Source: a phage
Sequence record: PZ445534.1
DNA length: 64,000 bases
Strand: one strand, 5' to 3'
Position numbers and translations under genes: made by a program. Below are positions 58,190 to 64,000 of this stretch, in pieces (the first letter of the stretch is position 1; every line of letters starts with the position of its first letter). The notes below the pieces were generated by a model. That model made no database searches. It was not told the DNA's origin and saw only the letters and a program-made list of their open reading frames with translations.

Positions 58190-59299
58190 ATGACTACTAA
58201 AACTAAAGCACAGATTGACGCAGAAATTTACGAACTGGTTAAAGAAGGTAAGCTGACTAAAACAGCTATTGCACAGAAGTTCAATACTTCAACCCGTTCA
58301 GTTGGTCGTGCTGTAGAGCGTCATGAAGCAACCTTAAAAGGTAAGAAGAAGGTGACTTCTACACCAGCTAAGAAGACCCTAAAGCAAGTTGCTAAGTCAG
58401 TTAAAAAGAAAGCTGGCAAACCAGTTGAAAAGGCCGTTAAAGATGCTGTACAGAAAGCCCCAGTAAATAAACTGCATGAAGCTATGCAGAAAGATGACAA
58501 GATTGAGTACATGATTACTGGTGACTCTGTAATTATGACTTACGGTTCAGAATCTGAAATTGTTGAGTCTACTCATCCGAACTATCAAGAAATTGTAGTC
58601 CATGTTGTGAAAGGTGAGTTCAAGAAAGCATTTGAACTAATGAACATTCGTAAGTCTATCGAAAACTTCACTCAGGGTGCTATCACAATCAAAGGCGATA
58701 AGCTCTTCTACGGTGCTGTTGAGATGCGTTCTACTCTGGTTGACCGTATTCTTCACATGATGAAGACTGGAGATAAGGGTTTTGAACGCCTTGTGATGTT
58801 CTTCGAAAAACTGATGGAAAACCCATCTAAAGATTCTGTAGAACAACTTTGGGGATTCGTATCTCACCTTGATGTTGAAATTGATGAAGAAGGCTACATC
58901 ATTGGTTGGAAGAAAGTCTCTACTCATGAAGGCAAGCTGGTTGACTCCCACACCTACAGAGTACCTAATGATTTGGGTAACATTGTAGAAATGCCACGTT
59001 GGATGGTTGATAATAACCGTAACGTGACTTGCTCTCAGGGTCTTCACGTTGGTGCTTGGGATTATGTTCGTTGCTTCTCAGGTGATACAATCCTGAAGGT
59101 TCGTGTCCATCCACGAGATGTTGTATCTGTTCCAACTGATTACAACGATATGAAGATGCGTTCGTCTCGTTATGAAGTTGCAGCAATCGTTGATAATCAA
59201 CGTAAAGTGCTGAAAGAATGGGATGGCAAGACTGAAGCTTTGCATGTCATCGTTGGCACTGCTGGTGAACTAATCTCCCAACGTAAACGTGAAATCTAA
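58190..59299 (+). CDS. rIIB: rIIB-like protein
   Basis: 369 aa; blocks resembling T4 rIIB as recalled (LFYGAVEMRSTLVDRIL; ENPSKDSV; TCSQGLHVGAWDYVR; KVRVHPRDVVSVPTDYNDMKMRSSRYEV). Confidence 0.75.
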   Translation: MTTKTKAQIDAEIYELVKEGKLTKTAIAQKFNTSTRSVGRAVERHEATLKGKKKVTSTPAKKTLKQVAKSVKKKAGKPVEKAVKDAVQKAPVNKLHEAMQKDDKIEYMITGDSVIMTYGSESEIVESTHPNYQEIVVHVVKGEFKKAFELMNIRKSIENFTQGAITIKGDKLFYGAVEMRSTLVDRILHMMKTGDKGFERLVMFFEKLMENPSKDSVEQLWGFVSHLDVEIDEEGYIIGWKKVSTHEGKLVDSHTYRVPNDLGNIVEMPRWMVDNNRNVTCSQGLHVGAWDYVRCFSGDTILKVRVHPRDVVSVPTDYNDMKMRSSRYEVAAIVDNQRKVLKEWDGKTEALHVIVGTAGELISQRKREI

Positions 59300-59314
59300 T
59301 AAGTAATTTCTTAA

Positions 59315-59340
59315 AAGGCTGCTTCGGCGGCCTTTTTTAT
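59315..59340 (+). terminator. rho-independent terminator
   Basis: AGGCTGC-ttcg-GCGGCCT + TTTTTT. Confidence 0.55.
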
Positions 59341-59399
59341 TTGTATTTTGTGCAGAGTGCTGTATAATTGTTGTCACGATAAACTAAACAGGAGAACCA

Positions 59400-59948
59400 A
59401 TGAAGAAATTGATTCTAGGTTTGTGCTTAATGTTTACAGCACACTTATCTTATGCAGTTGACTGCCCAGAGCTATCAATTAGCCAAAAAGTAAACATGTT
59501 AAAAGCTTACCAGTATGGTGAGAATAACATGGGTAAAGGTTGGGGTATCACTCTAGCTGCTATAGCCTTACAAGAGTCAGAGTTAGGTCTGAAGGTAGAG
59601 AATAAAAAGACACATGACTATGGTATTTTCCAGAATCACTTGAAGACTGTTGTAAAGCGTAACAAAATCAGTCCTAATGTGGCTAAAAAGAAACTCTTAA
59701 AAGATTTTGATTATGCTGCGAAGGAAACGCACAAAGAACTTGAGTTTTGGACAAAGGTGCATGGTCAGCCAAAGTCAAAGAAGGCTTTACAAAAAGTTTT
59801 AGCATCTTATAATGCTGGGTATTCGTACAGAATCCCTAAAGCTAAGAAATATTCTCAAGATGTCTATAACAATATGAAAGTAATTGCTCAATGTGAATTT
59901 GCAACAAACATTTCTAAGGTAAACCATGAAAAAATTAAGAAAGTCTGA
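59400..59948 (+). CDS. secreted lytic transglycosylase-like protein (candidate endolysin)
   Basis: 182 aa; signal peptide; SLT-like catalytic region ALQESELG...YGIFQN. Confidence 0.55.
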   Translation: MKKLILGLCLMFTAHLSYAVDCPELSISQKVNMLKAYQYGENNMGKGWGITLAAIALQESELGLKVENKKTHDYGIFQNHLKTVVKRNKISPNVAKKKLLKDFDYAAKETHKELEFWTKVHGQPKSKKALQKVLASYNAGYSYRIPKAKKYSQDVYNNMKVIAQCEFATNISKVNHEKIKKV

Positions 59949-60621
59949 TGAAGTACTGTGTCATGCTTATGACTTACATCCTCATGAGTTGGGTCTTGAT
60001 TCCTGTGTATGGACTCCAGAACAGTGTAGAGACTTTGAAGACACCGCAAGAGAAGTTGTATGTTCACTTGAAGAGTTCCACACATCAGAACCAATTGTGA
60101 ACGTTGTGGACAAAGAGACTGGGCAATCCATAGGTGTAAAACGTGATAGCTTAGTCATAGTCAACAAAGACCTTGTAGAGAAAGGTAATCTTATCTTAGC
60201 AGATATTGATGGAGTTCTTACAAATTTTAATCACGAAGATTGTTCAACGGAATTGACTGATGGTTCATTTTCACAGTACACTAATCTTCTTGATTCTGTA
60301 AGAGCAAAACCAACGTATGTTTTCAATATCATTGATGCAATTGCTAATCATGCTGCCGTTGGACTCTTGACAGCGAGAGGCGAATCTCAGAGAATACCCA
60401 CTGAGATGTTTTTAAGGCATAACACAGAGCATAACTACATGCTTTTTATGCGTGGTTTTGGTACTAACTCTATAAGTGCAGAAAGTTTGAAAGTGAGGAT
60501 GATTCAGTCTTGCATTCTGCCTTACTTTAATATAGTATGTTTTATAGAAGATACAGAGAAGAATGTGCAGAAGGTGAACAGAATCCTTCCACACATCAAA
60601 ACCATGTTAGTTAAACATTGA
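59926..60621 (+). CDS. HAD-superfamily hydrolase-like protein
   Basis: 231 aa; HAD motif I-like LADIDGVLT. Confidence 0.35.
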   Translation: MKKLRKSDEVLCHAYDLHPHELGLDSCVWTPEQCRDFEDTAREVVCSLEEFHTSEPIVNVVDKETGQSIGVKRDSLVIVNKDLVEKGNLILADIDGVLTNFNHEDCSTELTDGSFSQYTNLLDSVRAKPTYVFNIIDAIANHAAVGLLTARGESQRIPTEMFLRHNTEHNYMLFMRGFGTNSISAESLKVRMIQSCILPYFNIVCFIEDTEKNVQKVNRILPHIKTMLVKH

Positions 60622-60631
60622 GAGAAAACTT

Positions 60632-61096
60632 ATGAACAATATCATTACGGTAGCACTGGACGTTACGGCAAACAAATCTGAAGTAGTTCGTAACATTATC
60701 AAGAGCAACTTTGAGGGTAAAATCTTCCGTGCTGTCAATGTAAAAGCAGACGGCAACATCCGAGAGTATCGTGCTCTTTTGAATGTTAAGAAACACGTAA
60801 AAGGTTCTGGTTCAACGACAGCACACAAAGAAAACCTGATGACCATCTATGATATGGGGATGGCTTCAGAATTAGGTGCTGAAGGTATCGTTAAAGAAGG
60901 TGCTCCGTATCGCTCTTTCAATCTGGAAACTGCTCTCATGCTTTCCTTTACAAGTGGTTCTAAAACAACTACTTATCTCTTTACTGATGCTGCAACGGTA
61001 TCTGCTATCAAGGATAGCACTGTCAAAGCTGGGGTAGCTGCTGCTGCAAAAGCTTCTTCGATGGCTGCAAATGTCCTTGCTAAAGTCCTCGGTTAA
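60632..61096 (+). CDS. hypothetical protein
   Basis: 154 aa ORF with RBS. Confidence 0.35.
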   Translation: MNNIITVALDVTANKSEVVRNIIKSNFEGKIFRAVNVKADGNIREYRALLNVKKHVKGSGSTTAHKENLMTIYDMGMASELGAEGIVKEGAPYRSFNLETALMLSFTSGSKTTTYLFTDAATVSAIKDSTVKAGVAAAAKASSMAANVLAKVLG

Positions 61097-61106
61097 GGTT
61101 AAGATA

Positions 61107-61129
61107 CAGGCTCCTTCGGGAGCCTTTTT
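61107..61129 (+). terminator. rho-independent terminator
   Basis: GGCTCC-ttcg-GGAGCC + TTTTT. Confidence 0.55.
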
Positions 61130-61148
61130 CATTTCAGGAGATTGTTAA

Positions 61149-61496
61149 ATGACATTTAAAGAGTTCTGTCAAGCTACTTTCATAATTGTTTTCTTAGTTG
61201 GGGCAGGTGTCTGGGGAGGATACTCTTACAGAGACTACCAAGTTGCTGAAGCTGAGTTAAGCAATGAGAAACTAATAAGTGTTGCTAAAGATGCTTATCA
61301 GGAAGGTTTAGCCACACTCAGCACCAATTACAAAAATGATTTGAAAGATGTGCTTGCTAAGAATAAGCATACAAAAGAGGTACTAACATATGAAAAAACT
61401 AAGCCAGAGTTTTATAATGTTTGTGTTACTGATAATTATGTCAGGGTGTTCAACCAACAAAGTGAACAGTACATTCAAAAACTCCCAAGTAAGTGA
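61149..61496 (+). CDS. i-spanin (Rz-like)
   Basis: 115 aa; N-terminal TM helix then coiled-coil periplasmic domain; overlaps lipoprotein ORF in another frame. Confidence 0.5.
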   Translation: MTFKEFCQATFIIVFLVGAGVWGGYSYRDYQVAEAELSNEKLISVAKDAYQEGLATLSTNYKNDLKDVLAKNKHTKEVLTYEKTKPEFYNVCVTDNYVRVFNQQSEQYIQKLPSK

Positions 61497-61659
61497 GAGT
61501 GACAAGTACACTCAAGATGAGTCAAGATTCACTGTCAAAGGTAATACCGGTAGTGATGTGGCAGCAGCCCTTGAGTTTTACCGTGATGGATTCTACCAGT
61601 GTACAATCAAAGCTAATAACCTTATTGATATGATTTTATTAGGAAACAAACAGCAATGA
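61390..61659 (+). CDS. o-spanin (Rz1-like outer-membrane lipoprotein)
   Basis: 89 aa; signal peptide with lipobox MSGC; start embedded in 3' end of i-spanin gene. Confidence 0.5.
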   Translation: MKKLSQSFIMFVLLIIMSGCSTNKVNSTFKNSQVSESDKYTQDESRFTVKGNTGSDVAAALEFYRDGFYQCTIKANNLIDMILLGNKQQ

Positions 61660-61925
61660 CAGAGAATGAAGATACTTTTTACGTAGAAGGTTACTTACTG
61701 TTACCACGACCAAAAGAAACTTATATGCGGGTTGATTTCTCACCAACCATTATGGATAACGTGATGTGTCATATCTTTATGCAAGGTGTCACAGCACAGC
61801 TTAAGCACGTTGATAAAGAGTGCAAAATAAAGGTTGACACTCATCCAGAAATCAAAGAGAATCACTACACATGGTTCTTACCAGACTCTAAAGAAATCTT
61901 AGCAGTTCTTAAAACGAGGAAGTAA
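61656..61925 (+). CDS. hypothetical protein
   Basis: 89 aa coupled ORF. Confidence 0.3.
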   Translation: MTENEDTFYVEGYLLLPRPKETYMRVDFSPTIMDNVMCHIFMQGVTAQLKHVDKECKIKVDTHPEIKENHYTWFLPDSKEILAVLKTRK

Positions 61926-61927
61926 CT

Positions 61928-62254
61928 ATGCAGATTAATGGAAGAGATTTTGTAGCCGTTTACTACGAGAAAGATAAAGAGGTTGGTGTAGCACAAGTAA
62001 CTTACGGCAATGGTAAGTGGCTATATGGAACAATCGCAGTAGTAGGAACAAGAAGTGATACAAAAACTTTTAAAGATTGTGTTGACCTTCTTGAAGAATC
62101 CATCCACAATCATTGGTGTCTGATATGGATGACTGACAATGAAGTGATGGAACGTTTCAAAAAGATTGATATCAACATAGACAGCATTGAGCATGTTGAC
62201 TTGTATGAACTGACTGAGAAGGTAAATTATGAAAGTAATTCTAGCCAGAGATAA
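61928..62254 (+). CDS. hypothetical protein
   Basis: 108 aa ORF. Confidence 0.3.
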   Translation: MQINGRDFVAVYYEKDKEVGVAQVTYGNGKWLYGTIAVVGTRSDTKTFKDCVDLLEESIHNHWCLIWMTDNEVMERFKKIDINIDSIEHVDLYELTEKVNYESNSSQR

Positions 62255-62456
62255 AAAGACACGGAAAATTATCCGGTCAGCAGTATTTATTGGAAGAAAT
62301 GAAGTGATTCCTTTTACAGCAAATGATGTGATAGTCTACAGGAAAAAATTAGCATTCAGTTATTGCTTACGTGGCTTTATCTCCCAGCCATTAGAAGATT
62401 TTAAAAATCGTTGTGGTAAAGGCATCATCATTCAAGAGGCAATTATTCATGGCTGA
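62229..62456 (+). CDS. hypothetical protein
   Basis: 75 aa ORF. Confidence 0.25.
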   Translation: MKVILARDKKTRKIIRSAVFIGRNEVIPFTANDVIVYRKKLAFSYCLRGFISQPLEDFKNRCGKGIIIQEAIIHG

Positions 62457-62649
62457 CTTCTGTAAAGATTGTTCTATCGAAATGTTCGGACGTGATACAG
62501 GTGACTTAAAAGGTCTTATCACTGAAGATGACTTTAAAGCTGGTTATGCAATGCCAGTAATCTGTGAAGGTTGTGGGTGCATCTGGGTAGACCACGAAGG
62601 GCAGCGTGTAAAACCTTCAGAAGATAAAGAATCTTGGGAGAGATGTTAA
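62413..62649 (+). CDS. Cys-rich small protein (probable zinc-binding)
   Basis: 78 aa; CKDC...CEGCGC. Confidence 0.3.
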   Translation: MVKASSFKRQLFMADFCKDCSIEMFGRDTGDLKGLITEDDFKAGYAMPVICEGCGCIWVDHEGQRVKPSEDKESWERC

Positions 62650-63435
62650 ATGGGTATTGTAAAAATCATCAATGGCGATATCTTTGCCGCATTTGATAAA
62701 GGTAAGTTTGACATTATTGGTCACGGTTGCAACTGTATGAATTTAATGGGTGCAGGTATCGCTGACAAGATTTCTAAACTTTACCCAAAAGCATATGAGA
62801 CAGATACAGAAGTCTATCTATATGCAGGTGGCATAGGTCACAAACCCTGTGAAAATTTACTGGGTAATTTCTCTGTAGCACGTTTAAAACAAGGTCGTAT
62901 AGCTAACCTTTACACTCAGCTTAAGACTGGTAAAGATGCCCGATACAGTGCTTTAGAGTCATCTTTGAAGCAACTTAACAGATACTGTGAAGTTAATCAG
63001 TTGAAGAAAGTTGGTTTACCTATGATTGGTGCAGGTATCGGTGGACTTGACCCTCAAGCCGTCACAGTTATCATCAATCAGGTGATGAAGAGCGTAGATG
63101 TTTATCTATATGTCTATGAAGGAGAGATGTACCATAAGTTACTCTCAGGTTGGAAGAACTACTGTGAACCAGAATACTTTGCAGGTGTAGCAGTGTTCAC
63201 AGATAACGCAGTTACCCTCTTCAGACGAAGAAAAGGTAAGATACATCAAAGTAACCCTCCGGTTGAAAAGATGTCTCTAAGTAACGCTCTAGTTACCCAC
63301 CTGTCAAAGAGCAATCACAGAATTGCTGTAACATTTGGTAGTGATGCAGAAGCTTATATCTATGCAAGAACTGATGAGGATATTGAGGCAATCTTCTCTT
63401 CACCAGAAGTTACCTTCTTAGACGCAAAGAACTAA
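62650..63435 (+). CDS. macro-domain (ADP-ribose binding/processing) protein
   Basis: 261 aa; macro-domain-like blocks IINGDIF...IIGHGCNCMNLMGAGIADKI and VGLPMIGAGIGGLD (cf. YmdB-type GDIT...NAAN...GGGGV and FPAISTGVYG). Confidence 0.5.
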   Translation: MGIVKIINGDIFAAFDKGKFDIIGHGCNCMNLMGAGIADKISKLYPKAYETDTEVYLYAGGIGHKPCENLLGNFSVARLKQGRIANLYTQLKTGKDARYSALESSLKQLNRYCEVNQLKKVGLPMIGAGIGGLDPQAVTVIINQVMKSVDVYLYVYEGEMYHKLLSGWKNYCEPEYFAGVAVFTDNAVTLFRRRKGKIHQSNPPVEKMSLSNALVTHLSKSNHRIAVTFGSDAEAYIYARTDEDIEAIFSSPEVTFLDAKN

Positions 63436-63508
63436 GAAACTCTGTAGGATATTCACAATAGACTAAGCCTTTCTTATCTGGTAAATTTTTCAGGTAAGGA
63501 GGGCTTTT

Positions 63509-63687
63509 TCATTTCAGATTTGTGCAGGTAGAGTTCTGTAGAGAAATCTATAGAGAAAATTTTGAACTCCAAAGAGAAAATTCATTCTCAAACTGTGCAG
63601 GTAATCTCCAAAGAGCTTTTTCATTTTCAAAACGTGCAGACCCCGCTCAGGTCGGGCAAGAAAAATCATTTTAGAATTGTGCAGGTA
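63509..63687 (+). repeat. four imperfect direct repeats (~22 nt, TTCATTTTCAAANTGTGCAGGTA) in non-coding region
   Basis: Copies at 63509-63530, 63581-63603, 63620-63640, 63665-63687; spacing 72/39/45 nt. Confidence 0.6.
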
Positions 63688-63706
63688 GGTTTTTATAGAC
63701 AGCCAG

Positions 63707-63742
63707 CCCAACCCCTCTCCCCCTCTTACTCCCCCTCTCCCC
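63707..63742. repeat. polypyrimidine C-tract; opposite strand has G-quadruplex-forming potential
   Basis: CCCAACCCCTCTCCCCCTCTTACTCCCCCTCTCCCC; complement has five G3+ runs with short loops. Confidence 0.6.
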
Positions 63743-63863
63743 AAAAGTCAAGAGAAAAATTTGTAGCGGATTGAAAAATAATTCTTGATTTGCGTTCTGT
63801 TTTGTGGTAGTCGTGCGCACCCGTTTCATTACAGTTTTGCCAAAAATATTTTTAAAATTTTTA

Positions 63864-63892
63864 TTGACTCTTTGAACGTGGTTATCTAATAT
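63864..63892 (+). promoter_or_regulatory. sigma70-like promoter TTGACT-17-TAATAT
   Basis: TTGACT 63864-63869, 17 nt spacer, TAATAT 63887-63892, ~65 nt upstream of ATG 63959. Confidence 0.4.
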
Positions 63893-63958
63893 TTGCATCA
63901 ACGGAGAGGGAATAACCTTCCCCACTAAATAACTAACCTTAAACTAGGAGACTCTAAA

Positions 63959-64000
63959 ATGGCATATCGTGCACCTAAATTCATCAATAAAGACAACTTT
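63959..64000 (+). CDS. 5' end of a CDS truncated by window edge
   Basis: ATG with upstream AGGAG RBS; open to window end (MAYRAPKFINKDNF). Confidence 0.3.
   Translation, partial: MAYRAPKFINKDNF

Noticed and set aside
63509-63687. Possible CRISPR array
   Set aside because: Repeats are only ~22 nt, imperfect, irregularly spaced (72/39/45 nt) and flanked by no cas genes; they look like regulatory repeats or iterons.

Overview
This window reads as a contiguous stretch of a large, mosaic, tailed dsDNA phage genome from a Gram-negative host (Rz/Rz1 spanins, lipoprotein signals, sigma70-like promoters). All calls are from reading the ORF translations and the DNA by eye; no searches were run. Layout: (1) 1-22816 (+), a structural module: large terminase, portal, S49/ClpP-like prohead protease fused to scaffold, lambda D/E-like decoration and major capsid proteins, probable sheath and tube, tail chaperone pair with a -1 frameshift site, tape measure, baseplate genes and two tail fibres with His-x-His repeats. 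(2) 23498-33131 (-), a leftward block: thymidylate synthase, DHFR, small unknowns, ATP-dependent DNA ligase, an HNH-AP2 endonuclease and a family-A DNA polymerase split in two. (3) 33359-51608 (+), a T7-like replisome (dNMP kinase, primase-helicase, gp2.5-like SSB, 5'-3' exonuclease) with inserted HNH and GIY-YIG endonucleases, then nrdA, nrdB, glutaredoxin, a split nrdD, and nrdG. (4) 51773-63435 (+): small HNH, prs plus nadV (NAD+ salvage), rIIA/rIIB, lytic transglycosylase, Rz/Rz1, a macro-domain protein. (5) 63436-63958, a repeat-rich non-coding region. The most notable items are two ORF-less group I introns: one in nrdD (47965-48280, splice junction matching the T4 nrdD site as I recall it) and one splitting the DNA polymerase (about 30687-30962, boundaries approximate) next to a free-standing HNH endonuclease. 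Also notable: the prs-nadV pair with no NMN adenylyltransferase in the window, the macro-domain gene, and a C-rich tract with G-quadruplex potential beside four direct repeats. I found no tRNA genes or CRISPR arrays. Most functional assignments outside the enzymes with clear motifs rest on gene order and are low confidence.
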